Shown here: in pieces, positions 37,376-51,011 of the stretch
Numbering within the stretch: position 1 is the stretch's first letter
How the letters are laid out: every line of letters starts with the position of its first letter
Assembly: GCA_951406725.2 (NCBI GenBank)
Contig: OX597817.1
Span: forward strand, 118,978,001-119,042,000
Direction: 5' to 3'
From: Octopus vulgaris
Taxonomy: Eukaryota
Length of the DNA stretch: 64,000 nucleotides
Position numbers and translations under genes: made by a program
Notes under the pieces: generated by a model
Told to the model about the DNA's origin: nothing
Databases searched by the model: none
What the model saw: the letters and a program-made list of their open reading frames with translations, nothing else

Positions 37376-38300
37376 TTTTTTTTGTTACTATAAACAAAGA
37401 GGTAAGTTGGTCGGAAGTTATAATTGTTATCTATTTAATACGGTATTTATACGTATTGTTGATATCACCCCACTTTTATCTAATATACAAACACGCACTC
37501 TCCTCACCCTTCATCGATGGTCTTGTTTTTTTTTTTATATTACTTCTATTTTTGTTTTCTTTTGTATCCTATCTGTGTATCTTAAATATTGTCCCCAACG
37601 TCTTGAGGCCCCTTGTGACCAATAAAAGAAACCCATTATAAATATTAGTAATTACATTATTAATCAGTATGAAGAAGAAAACAAAAAGCCCTTCCCTCCC
37701 ACCAAAAAAAACAACAAAAGATATTGAAGTCGTTGTATGAAAAAAGTATTATCATTAATATTATTATTATTATTATTATTATTGTTATTATTATTATCAT
37801 CATTATTATTATTATTATCATCATTATTATTATTATCATCATCATCATAATTATAGCAGAGAGAGTGGTTTTTGTAGAAGTGTGTGTGTGTGTGTGTATG
37901 TGTGTGTGTGTATGTGTGTGTGTGTGTGAGTGTGTGTGCGCGCACGCAATTGGAAAGTGGGAGGCACGGGGTAACTGGAAGAACCAGTCAAGTATGTTAT
38001 CTGAGTCGGAAACGTAATGATGATGATTATGAGCGTGTTTATGATAATGATGATGAAAATGGTGATGTGGTGGTGGCGATGGTAGTGATGGTGGTGGTGG
38101 TAGTAGTGGTGGTGGTGGTGGTGGTGGTGGTAGTGATGGAATAGTAAAGATAAGTAGTTAAAAGTTATTAAATTGTTAATTAATTAATTAATAAAGAAAG
38201 AAAAAAAAAAGTTACTAGTTACATGTAAATGACGACATAGAGCTCAAAACTAATATTTTTTACTTCAGCAGGTGCGCGCGTGTGCGCGTGTATGCGTGTG

Positions 38301-38338
<38 letters not shown>

Positions 38339-38458
38339 CGCAAGTACGCACGAAAATTACATGTAATTTATGTGAAAGCTGCACAAATACAAACACACAC
38401 ACACACACGTGAACTCAAACACACGCACGCACGCACAAATACTTCTGTGTATGTATGC

Positions 38459-38544
<86 letters not shown>

Positions 38545-38879
38545 CCGAGTGATTTACAACATCGTTTCGCAATCACGAGATGGCGAATTCGATCCCAGCG
38601 TATGACACATCAGGCAAGTAAGTGTCTTTTTCTAACAACCTTCGGGACCGTCTAGGCACCGAGTGGACGGAAAACAGCATGAGAACCCACCCATCCAGAA
38701 GAATGTAACCCTTTATAAAAAAAAAAGGGGTCAAAATCATGATGACAGACTAATGTCATACTAATATTGTCAGAGGAATACTTTAATGGTTACGAGTGTC
38801 TGCGGGGAAATACACTCACCCACTTGCACACAATAATCCATCGTCGAAACCGGTGAAGATCCGTTTAGTGCTATGTTAC

Positions 38880-39437
38880 ATTCTTTTATTCCTTTATATG
38901 TTGCAGCCCTGGGGCTATGGCCATGCTGGGGCACCGCCAGTAACAATGTATAATAAATTTAACAATGTTATTCACTCTCGCATATATACCGTTCTAATCT
39001 TATGTAACTATGCATGTGTGCGTATATATAGGTGCTTGTATGTAGGAGTATGCATAAGCGCGCGCGTTATATTTTACAGATCTCAAGCACCAGAGAGCGG
39101 CTACGTTGGGGCACCACCTCGAAGGGTTTTTAGTCGAACGAACCTACTTCGAAACTTATTCTATAAAGCCTCTTTTGCCGAACTGCTAAACAAACCAACA
39201 CCGGGTGTCAAGTTGTGGTAGTAGCTGGTAGACAAACACACACACACACACACATCTCTCTCTCTCTCTCTCCCTATATATATGACGGGCTTCTTTCAGT
39301 TTCCGTCAAGCGAATCCACTTCGAAAGGCTTCGGTCGGCCTGGAGCTAGATAGATAGTAGAAGAGACTCGCTGAAGATGTCACGCAATAGGACCGAACCC
39401 GGAAGCAAGTGGTCGGGATGGAAACTTCTTACCACAC
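38880..39437 (-). mobile_element. fragmented SINE family B
   Basis: ggccatgctggggcaccgcc, ttttgccgaactgcta, gacgggcttctttcagtttccgtc, cttcttaccacac. Confidence 0.78.
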
Positions 39438-39789
39438 CCCCCAAAACAGACAGACAGATAGATATATATGGATAGATAGATAGATAGATAGATAGATAGA
39501 CAGATAGATGGCTACATATATACATGGATACATTCAAATAAATGTATGTATGTGTGTGTGCATGCATTAATATATGTATGCATGACAAGAGACACATAGT
39601 TATAGTTGCATACATATACATGTGATTACGTGCGTTCATGTAATCGAATACGCACACATGTATGTATACGTTATTATACGTGTAAGAAAAATTACACAGA
39701 CGCATACATAAGCATGCATACATGCATTATACGTGCGTGTTTGTATGTGTGTAAATTGTGAATGTGCATGTGTATTGTAGTATATGTGA

Positions 39790-39890
39790 CAGAGACAGAC
39801 AGATAGATAGACAGATAGATAGATAGATAGATAGATGATACATACATACATACATACATAGACAGATAGACAGGCAGGCAGGCAGGCAGG

Positions 39891-39930
<40 letters not shown>

Positions 39931-39979
39931 TAGATAGACAGGCAGACAGACAGACAGACAGATAGACAGACAGACAGAC

Positions 39980-40072
<93 letters not shown>
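39790..40072. repeat. compound (TAGA)/(CAGA)/(CAGG)/(GA) microsatellite
   Basis: Directly visible. Confidence 0.95.
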
Positions 40073-40075
<3 letters not shown>

Positions 40076-40305
40076 TTTATATAGTGCGTGCGTGTAACGT
40101 AATGTATGAATAAACAAAATGTTGGTCATTTTAAGAACACTGCATTCAGATTATTGTCCCCCCACCCCGCCCCACCACTCTTCCCACCTTTTTTCGAACC
40201 CATTTATTTCTCTGTTGACAATTCAACTTCTTAAAAGACATTCACATCAACCGATATTCTTCATCTTGCTTGTCAACGTATTATGTGCTTTACCGTCATT
40301 TTAAT

Positions 40306-41155
40306 TGTTGTAGTTGTTTGTTTAACCCTGGGTCAATCCTACATTGAACAAGTCTATTATCGTCAAAGATGTTGCGAGCAGTAATCCTCCCTCTCTCCCT
40401 TCCTTTTATCGTTCTTTCATTTTTTCTCTTTTTTTGGGGGGGGGGGGGTGTTTGACTATAGTGTATTTAGTTAGAATAATATCTTACGCGTGCATTCAAG
40501 GATATCTAGCTGGTATTTCTACGATATCGAGTTTATCGTACAGAACAGAGTATTGAACTGACGAGGCAGAGACAGACACATTCGTAAATAAAAAGAGTTC
40601 TGTTATGCCAATGGCTATGAAAAGGAAAAAAAATAGAAAGAAATGATGCAAAGACAAACACGTAGACACCAACACACACGTGTACGGTATATTCAATGTG
40701 TTTTATATATACAGCAGCGTGCGCCTAAGTGAACATATAAACACGCTATATAAAATACTTGTAACACTCGTACACACACATGTATGTATGAATGTTTGTA
40801 TGTATGTATGTATGTATGTTTCAATGTGAAATGTGTGTGTACGTATAGCTACAGATACGGTATGTATAACGGCTGTGTTACCGATATTTAGACCCTACTT
40901 AGATCTTTTGTTCGGCGCACCATAGGTTTGCCGAAGTTGAGTTTCAAAAGCATTACTAAATGGTCTAAAGTGTTCCAGCGATGACCATACCGTCTTTCTT
41001 ATACATCTACCAAGACATCAATGGTATCCCAAAACCACTTTATCCAGTGTCACATTTTGTCTCTTCTCCAAAAACATCTTAGGCGGGGGATTAAGGGGGA
41101 GATTTAGCTGCTATTTCTTGTAGTTCGACACACGGCGTAGATGTTACCCTTGTTG
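40306..41155 (-). mobile_element. two element D copies (about 40306-40560 and 40885-41155)
   Basis: ttgtttaaccctgggtcaatcc..agctggtatttcta; ttccagcgatgaccataccgtc..gagatttagctgctatttcttgtag. Confidence 0.6.
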
Positions 41156-41659
41156 ATTCAAATATCTATGTGTATGCTGTATTCAGCTGATGCACAAGTG
41201 GACTTCATGCATTGACGTGTCTACGTAAAATACCCGAAAAGAAATAAGGAAATTGCCTGCCCCCTCCCATCCCTCCTCTAAAGACTCTTGAATTGTAAAA
41301 GTAGATATATATTGAGTACTTGAACATTTTAAGAAAGTGATTGATTAAAAAAAATGCAGCGTATTTAAGGACGAAGAAATTCGAACCGCTCTTATATATA
41401 TCGTGCATCTCCATACATACATACATACATACATACATACATACATACATACATACATACATACATACATACATACATACAAACATACATACATACACCA
41501 GAGAGGCTCACATCACATACACGCATATATAGATGTACATATATATATATATACAATTTACATTCACATATTTGCCCATACAATTGCATTCACCATACAA
41601 ACACGCACATATACACACATGCACACACATACACACAACTACACATTCAAGTAATTGCT

Positions 41660-41664
41660 GGATG

Positions 41665-41707
<43 letters not shown>

Positions 41708-41734
41708 GATAGATAGATAGATAGACAGACAGAC

Positions 41735-41809
<75 letters not shown>

Positions 41810-41854
41810 CAGGCAGACAGAGAGATAGACAGATAGATAGACAGACAGACAGAG

Positions 41855-41913
<59 letters not shown>

Positions 41914-41926
41914 CAGACAGAGAGAG

Positions 41927-42007
<81 letters not shown>
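41660..42007. repeat. (TAGA)n with CAGA interruptions
   Basis: Directly visible. Confidence 0.95.
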
Positions 42008-42008
<1 letters not shown>

Positions 42009-42395
42009 GTAGAGAAAAACGGTAAAAGAGCACGGAAGGTGGAGAAAAATACTAAAAAAATAAAACAACCACGCACCTCGCATTCTATAGAAGAATATAA
42101 GAGAATTGCCGAAAAATAAAATTGTGCAAAAGAAAAAAAAGAAAAAAACTGGAATTTCAAGAAATGCTTATTTTCTTCTCGATAGTGTAAAACACAACTT
42201 TCAAGAATTCCTTGCATTTACCATAATGTTCTATTCCCATACACTTTTTTTCTTCTTCTCCTATTTTATATATATATTAAAGACTATGGTTATAATTATA
42301 CAGAGTTTTATTTGTTAAATCTTTTTTTTTCCATATCTTACACAGAGTCATTCATCATAACTAAATGTCGAACATAGCAGATAGATAGATAGACC

Positions 42396-42456
<61 letters not shown>

Positions 42457-42551
42457 AAATATACACATACATATATGCGTACATATATGTATAGACACAT
42501 GCATACATAGAGTAAAATAATGCGTGTGTATATAGAAATATACATACATAT

Positions 42552-42610
<59 letters not shown>

Positions 42611-43503
42611 CATACACACAATTATATGAATGTATGTATGTATGGGCAATATTTAAGAAACGTGAAACTCGGAGTAACGTGTAATTAAGTTTTGAACCTC
42701 CCTATATATATATATATATATATATATAGCATAAACCAAAATATATGCATGATGTTGAGCAATGAAAGGCGGAAGAATGGACAGGAAGAAAGAATGAAAT
42801 GAAATGAAGGAAGATAGAAAGAACGGGAAGAAGAAAAAAAAAGAAAAAAAAAACAAAGAAAGAAAGGATGACTGAATGAGTGAAAGGTAAGACAGTTTAC
42901 CTTTACCTGGAGAAGGTTTCCTCCTATAGAATGTTGCATATATACATTGTATTAGTATGACAAAGAGCCAGAGATAGAAGGTAAATTCAAAGTGTCTGAT
43001 CCAAAGGTGCTTCATAATTGTGGCACAAAACACTGCTTACACCACCAACCAGCCAACCAGCCAACCAACCACCAACCAACCATCAACCACCACTCGCTCA
43101 CTCACTCTCGTTCGCTCGCCCTCACTCACTCGCTCGCTCGCTCATTCACTCAGTTTACACACTCACTGTTTCATTCATTTATTTATTTATTCATTCATTC
43201 ATAGAACACACATACACATACACACACACTCTTTTTCTCTCTTTCTTTCTTACACACGCATACACACACTTATTTCTCTCTCTCTCTCTCTTTCCTACAG
43301 TTCTTTCTCTCACTTTCTTTCTTTCTTTCTTTCTTTCTTTACTTCATCACTCACTATTTATCTCCGCCTTCGCTCCTTCCTTCCTTCCTTCCTTGATTTT
43401 TTTTTCCTTCCTTTCTTCACACGTTGGCACTTATTTGCTCTTTCTTTCAAACACACCCATTCTCTATTTTCGCTTTTCCTTTTCTTTCCCTCATCTCTCC
43501 TTC

Positions 43504-43537
<34 letters not shown>

Positions 43538-43559
43538 GTAGTAGTAGTAGTAGTAGTAG

Positions 43560-43605
<46 letters not shown>

Positions 43606-43700
43606 TTATTAATCACATACTCCGCTGTTTGGCATGCATGCATACACATCAATCTTTACACTGACAATATGCTCAGCTGTATGTATAATTCATATATAGA

Positions 43701-43763
<63 letters not shown>

Positions 43764-44078
43764 CATCTATCTATATGTGTGTGTGTGTGTGTGTGTGCGT
43801 AGTTGTATTTGTATGTATATGTGTGGTGCGCTTTTTGTACCTCCACGGCTCTTTACAGTCGCACAAGCTAGTAAGTAAGTTTGCCGTTTCTTCGATTTCC
43901 TCTCAAAATAGGGGACGGACGGTGCGAGGCGAAGAGATGTGGGGGGGGGTGTCGACAGTGGCGGTTGTGGTATCGGTGGGTTTACAGTACTGATGATGGG
44001 TGGTGATTGTGATGGAGCCGCTGCCGGTGGTCGCACAGGGGTGAGTGTGTTAGTGTTTGGGGACGGGATGTTTATGAG

Positions 44079-44117
<39 letters not shown>

Positions 44118-44274
44118 AGAGAGAGAGAGAGATAAAGAAGACAGATAGAGAAAGGGATTGTTGTTGTTGGCGATGATGTTGCTTATACCATCTCCGTAGT
44201 TTTTTTTAAAAAGGTTCCTTTCTTTCTTCTCTGGTCGCCTGCCTTTCATATTTCGAGTGTGTATCATTCATTCA

Positions 44275-44329
44275 TATATATGTCTATATATATATATATA
44301 TATATATATGTGTCTATATACATATATAT

Positions 44330-44422
<93 letters not shown>

Positions 44423-44429
44423 TATATAC

Positions 44430-44463
<34 letters not shown>

Positions 44464-44511
44464 CTATATACATATATATATACATATATATATATATATA
44501 TGTCTATATAC

Positions 44512-44546
<35 letters not shown>

Positions 44547-44557
44547 TGTCTATATAC

Positions 44558-44591
<34 letters not shown>

Positions 44592-44599
44592 CTATATAC

Positions 44600-44633
<34 letters not shown>

Positions 44634-44636
44634 GTC

Positions 44637-44684
<48 letters not shown>

Positions 44685-44685
44685 C

Positions 44686-44719
<34 letters not shown>

Positions 44720-44729
44720 GTCTATATAC

Positions 44730-44776
<47 letters not shown>

Positions 44777-44783
44777 TATATAC

Positions 44784-44817
<34 letters not shown>

Positions 44818-44827
44818 GTCTATTTAC

Positions 44828-44874
<47 letters not shown>

Positions 44875-44881
44875 TATATAC

Positions 44882-44934
<53 letters not shown>

Positions 44935-44955
44935 TATATACATATATATATACAT
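44275..44955. repeat. TA-based minisatellite, unit TGTCTATATACA(TA)nCA(TA)n
   Basis: Marker tgtctatataca recurs about 15 times with variable TA spacers. Confidence 0.92.
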
Positions 44956-46015
44956 GTATGTACGTGTGAGAGAGAGAGAGAGAGATATGCAATGAGACAG
45001 ACGTTCATATTTTTTTTTGCAATAAGGAAAACATTTCTCAGCTTTTCGTCGGAAGAAACTTGAAATATAAATAAATGCCAAAAAAAAAAGAAAAAAAAAG
45101 GAAACCACCACCACCACCACCACAACAACATCAACAACAACAACATAAGAACGAATGAATACCCCAGTGGTTGTGTAATTATCCTGTAACACCATTTCAC
45201 TGGTTTTCTATATTCTAACCGCGCATCACTAAACACACACCACCTCCCGCGCTCTCTGTCTCTCTGACACCAAAAACATTGTCGTTATCTCTCTCTCTCT
45301 GTCTTCCCCCTGTAACAACAACACACAAACTCCCGCTTTCTTTCTCACAAACACGTACTTTCACTTTGCTCTCTACACATTACAATCGCTTTCCTCTTCA
45401 TATTTTTCATTTTGCTTTCAGCGGCGCATCTATCTATCTCTCTCTCTCTCTCGCTTTCTCTCTCTTAAACGCCTTCTAACTATCTTATATTGTTCTTCCT
45501 TTCTTTTACACTTCTTTACACATTGTTTCCATTGCTATTTCACCCAACTCCATTCTTTGCACCTGTGGCAAAAAACCAAAACGTAGTAGTAGTAGTAGTA
45601 GTAGTAGTCATTGTTGCTTTGTTGTTGTTGTTGTTATTCTTGTCGTTGTTCTTAAGCATTTCAAGGGCAGGTGGATCGACAGACTTGATAGAATAACGGA
45701 GCAAGATAAAATACCTTGTGGTATTTTAATCAGGTCTACTTCCAAGTCTGAGATCGAATCTTGCATGTGATAGATCTCACTTCTTTCTTTCTTTCTTTCT
45801 TTCTTCCATATTTTTTTTTTTTTACCTTTCATCCTTTCAGTGATCGATAATCGAAGGACGAATCACATACCCGTCTGTGATCAGCATAACACAACCATTA
45901 TCTCGCCCAGAACCTAAACCCAAACCCACCAAAATATCTGGTCTTCTCCTAACGTAAGAATTCATTATTTTTGTCCCATTTCTTTTCTTTTCTTTTCTGT
46001 CCCCTTCTACCCTCG

Positions 46016-46255
46016 TTGTTGTTGTTGTTGTCGTCGTTGTTATTGCTATTTAACCCCAGACCGGCCCATGGCCTGAATAGACCTATGATCAGAATGCATT
46101 TCCAGCCATTAAAAAAGGTCATTTTTCTATGTGAAAATGAAGACAGGATCACTTGATCCAAAATTTTTTTTCTTCACATTATACGGTGAAGTTTGACGGA
46201 GATTTGGTTGCTATTTCTAACAGGTCGAGCGGACATGTAGAAGCCCCTCTCGTTA
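46016..46255 (-). mobile_element. element D, best-preserved copy, adjoining a (TTG)n tract
   Basis: atttaaccccagaccggcccatggcctgaatagacctatgatcagaatgcattccagccat ... ggagatttggttgctatttctaacaggtcgagcggacatgtagaagcccctctcgtt. Confidence 0.7.
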
Positions 46256-46622
46256 ATTATTGCCTGCTCCTTTCACCGCTGCTGTCTTGGTCTTCCACCA
46301 ATATTTTATTTATTATCCATTCTATTTTTGGTTATTTATGTCTTCTCGTACCACTATCTTAGGAACAGCATGGGAATATCTGGAAAGAGCAGCTAAATCC
46401 TTTTTGAAATCAAACACTAGCGTCAAATAGGGAAGAAAACATCGGTTGTGAGAAACCCTTTCATTACCCCCTACAAAGACAAAATGGTCACGGATGAATA
46501 ATTTTGGTTTATGGGTCCACGCAATCAAGAAAGACCTGGGGGACGATATCACCACCACAAGCAACAACAACAACATGGACAACACATATACATACACAAT
46601 CATATATAGAAACTTAAATCTC

Positions 46623-46660
<38 letters not shown>

Positions 46661-47879
46661 CACACACACATATATAAATACATACACACATACATATATA
46701 TATACATACGTACATATACATACATACACAACCATATATAGAAACTTAAATCTCTTCATATATGTATATAAATATATATATATACAAATACATACACACA
46801 CATATATATATATAAATACACACACACATATATATATACACACACATATATATATACATACGTACATATACATATATATAAATACATACACACACACATA
46901 TATATATATATACATATGTACATATACATACATACACACACATATATATATATACATATGTACATATACATACATACACACATATATATATATATATATA
47001 CATATGTACATACATACATACATACATACATATATACACATATACATACAAACATTCATATGCACACACAAACCTTCGTAGACATTTAGAAACACACACA
47101 TAGATTTACACGTATGACACATATAGCTAGTTGCATGCAGTTAAAGTAAACGGTGGTGGAAGTGGTGCCAATCGCTGCACCAGCAGCAGCAACAACAACA
47201 ACAACAGAAGCAGCAGCAGCAACTGTCCAAATCTTTATAGTAGCAGCAGATGTAAACAGTAGCAGTCGTAGTAGTACTAATAGCAGCAGTAACTCTTATT
47301 TTTCGGTGATGTGGAATCTAGATTGCCCGACAACTGTTGTGTAAGAGAGAGAGAGAGATACAGAGAAAGAGAGATACAAAGAGAGAGAAAGAGAGAGAAT
47401 GAGAATGAAAGAGGGAAAAGAAAGAAAAGAGAATGAGAGAGGAAGGGAGAGAGAGAGAGGGTGGATAACATAGTGCGCATTCAAACCAAGCGCGTCTGCA
47501 GAATGTAACCAAGCGAGAACATATACACATACACACGCGCTTTATGCACACTCGAAGAACGGGAAGTCTGCTGAGATGGAAACTGTACAAGAAAGACTGC
47601 AATAGTGAAGAAATTCGCATAAAGAGGGGGGGAAAAAAATAGAGAGCGAAAGAGGGGCGGAGGGGCGGGAATGGAAAAACCAAAAACTTTCTTAAACATC
47701 TACCGTTTATTGATGATGATGATGGAGATGATGATGATGATAATAATATTGTTACCGTTTCACAATGTTTTACCACCCCCTCCCGTACCAACCTTTTCCT
47801 CGGAAATTTTATCAAAATCACCACTTTGCCTTTTTTTTTTATTCATTTTTATTTATTTATTTATTTATTTATTTATTCA

Positions 47880-48109
47880 TCCAGTTGGCAGAATCGTTAA
47901 GCGCGCCAAGCAAAAACGCCTTTACGCTCTGAGTTCAAATTCCGTCGTGGTCGATTTTTGCCTTTCATCCTTTCAGAGTCGAAAAAATAAGTACCAGTGA
48001 TACACTGGGGGGGGGGGGTGTCGATGTAATCGACTCATCTCCTCCCCCACCCAAACTGCTGCGCGTGAGGCAAAATTTGAAACCAGTGTTGTTGTAGTTG
48101 CTGTTGTTG

Positions 48110-48141
<32 letters not shown>

Positions 48142-48358
48142 GATAAGGCGGCGAGCTGGCAGAATCGTTAGCGCGATGGACGGAATGCTAAGCGGCATTT
48201 CGCCCGTCGCTACGTTCTGAGTTCAAATTCCGCCGAGGTTGACTTTGCCTTTCATCGTTTCGGGATGGATAAATTAAGTACCAGTTGCGTACTGGAGTAG
48301 ATCTAATCGACTGGCACCCTTCTCCCAAAATTTCTGGCCTTCTGCCTATAGTAGAAAG

Positions 48359-48397
<39 letters not shown>

Positions 48398-48790
48398 TAT
48401 AAGGCGGCGAGCTGGCAGAATCGTTAGCGCGCTGGACGGAATGCTTAGCGGTATTTCGCCCGTCGCTAGGTTCTGAGTTCAAATTCCGCCGCGGTCGACT
48501 TTACCTTTCATCCTTCAGGGGTCGACAGAATAATTACCAGTTGAACACCGAAGTCGATGTAATCGACTCATCCCTTCCCTCCCCCAAAGTTGCTACCATT
48601 GTGGCAAAATCTGAAATCATTTATTATTATTATTATTATTATTTGCGGTATTTTTACTAGCTCTTTACTTTCTAAGTTTAAAATCTGTCAAGTTCGATCC
48701 CACATTTCAATCAGTTCGGGGTCGGTAAAATAAAATAAAATAAAATAAAATACTAATTGAGTAATAGGGACAATTTAATCGCTTAAAGTA
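47880..48790 (+). mobile_element. head-to-tail array of SINE family A copies separated by (TTA)n
   Basis: Copies at about 47880-48087, 48145-48360, 48401-48620 and a degenerate 48645-48790; type-2 tails followed by TTA repeats. Confidence 0.9.
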
Positions 48791-49196
48791 ATTTCCCATT
48801 AAAATATGTCCAATGTAAGCTATATATAAAGGCAAGTGCTTACAAAAGGGTTGTTGTTTAGACCCAGGTTAATCCTGATCAAGCAGACTTGTAATCACAA
48901 AAGTACCAGCCGTAACCATCCCGTTTTTCACTATTTTTTTCACACCACATAATTCTGAAGTAACTTTGAAAAGGAAAAATAATGAACAGACGTACGAGAA
49001 ATAACCTTACATTAAAAGGCCGGTATAACAAGAGTGAGAGGCCATATGTACACCTTACAAAACGTTATTCAGTTATTCATACTAATTATAAATTTATTAT
49101 AAAGTTTACCGTTCTAACGAAATTTAATCTCCATTAGTTGGACAACAATAAATAACATTGATTAAAATAGATTTTTTAATCCTCTTTTATTAGCTA

Positions 49197-49590
49197 CTAG
49201 CTTAAAAGCCTCACTCCGTGCGGACTGTCAAGCGAGCTCCTGCGGAGGGCTAATAGAGCCTGCCGCTCCAAACTAAAGAGAGCAATAATAATAAAGAAAA
49301 GAGAATTTAATGGAACCCTACAAATATGGTATTACTTCGAATTCAGTTTAAATGAAAAACTTTTAAGTTCACAAATTTTTGGAGTTTTTTTCTAAAATTT
49401 GAATTTTCAACTATTAACATATAACAAGTCCTCACCCAGACCCGATTCCCATGCTGGATATTCAAGAACCATATGAAGGACAAATTTTCAATCCCGGGAT
49501 CATCCTGATACCAAAAACCTATAATATTTTTATGTAGAGAAAATGCAGGCTGAGATACAGCAGACAGAATTTCGCGTTTATTATTATAAA
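49197..49590 (-). mobile_element. non-autonomous Helitron
   Basis: Minus strand starts A|TTTATAATAATAAACGCGAAATTCTGTCTG (decayed TC start) and ends with hairpin CCGCACGGAGTGAGG then TTTTAAG-CTAG|T; inserted between A and T with no TSD. Confidence 0.7.
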
Positions 49591-50047
49591 TGCCGTACAC
49601 ATAATATGCACACACCAAAGTTTATACACACCGGACTTATTCTTTTTTTAAGACAACATAGTTTCAGAAGTTCTATGTATTGGGCAAATGACTAGATGGA
49701 CATGTACGGATATACTATTATATACTCACTAATATGCAAGCAGACCAGCAGGGAATCGGATCTAAAACAGTAGCCCAAGTCAAAAGGTCCCTGTTAAAAA
49801 CAGAATCCAACCTTAAAACCTTATAAAATCTTGTCAATAATTGTATTGGAATGTTACCAGTTACCGAGTTATGGACGACGAAAATTTTAACACATCAAAT
49901 TATAAAATGGAAATTAAAATATATATATTTCTGTTATTTTGTTCTTAAGAGCTAATAAGGCTTTCAACGATATATTTATTGGTATGGCCTTAATTTGAAA
50001 GGAAAATCTGGCTGCTATTTCTAGCAAGTCAAATGACTGCGAAGAGG

Positions 50048-50759
50048 TTTCATCGGTGGTGGAATTCGATTACCACGATTTAATATTGGTTCAAGATGTA
50101 GAGACGGAGTGAAGCAGAGATATCGAAACCGAAGCTGAGAATTTCTTGACATTTCACTCATTTTACAAAGAGGGCCTGAAAGAAACTCTACTACTCCACA
50201 CCCGACAAAATTTATCCTGAAGGTCCCGTCCCGCCTGTCCTAGTGCAGTTACTTTAGTTGATAATTATCCGTTGGCCCCAGATTAAAGATTTTAGCACGT
50301 TTACTTTAGTGCTATTAGGTTCACTGCTTAAATCCCGCCAGTCACAACTAAATCTGTCACCAACGAAATGACTTACAGTAATTCAGACAACTTACGCTGC
50401 GATTTTCATCGGTGGTGGAATTCGATTACCACGATATAATATTGGTTCAAGATGTAGAGACGGAGTGAAGCAGAGATATCGAAACCGAAGCTGAGAATTT
50501 CTTGACATTTCACTCATTTTACAAAGAGGGCCTGAAAGAAACTCTACTACTCCACACCCGACAAAATTTATCCTGAAGGTCCCGCCTGTCCTAGTGCAGT
50601 TACTTTAGTTGATAATTATCCGTTGGCCCCAGATTAAAGATTTTAGCACGTTTACTTTAGTGCTATTAGGTTCACTGCTTAAATCCCGCCAGTCACAACT
50701 AAATCTGTCACCAACGAAATGACTTACAGTAATTCAGACAACTTACGCTGCGATTTTCA
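50048..50759. repeat. recent tandem duplication (356 bp + 351 bp)
   Basis: Two copies starting tttcatcggtggtggaattcg. They differ by one substitution (gatttaat/gatataat) and a 5 bp TCCCG duplication. Confidence 0.95.
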
Positions 50760-50980
50760 ATCGCGCCGGATTCTACTTTCACTTTCCTCTCTCAGATCCG
50801 TTTAAATAAGTACTAGGTAGTTTTATTGAATACCGGCAAGATTCGAACGCAAAACCTAAAGGAACTGAAATAAATATGCTAATCTATATGAACCGTTACT
50901 GATTCTGTCGCCGTCAGACACAACCACACTACCGTCACACCAACGACCACATTGAGCAAAAACAGCAAATCAATAGTAAT

Positions 50981-51011
<31 letters not shown>

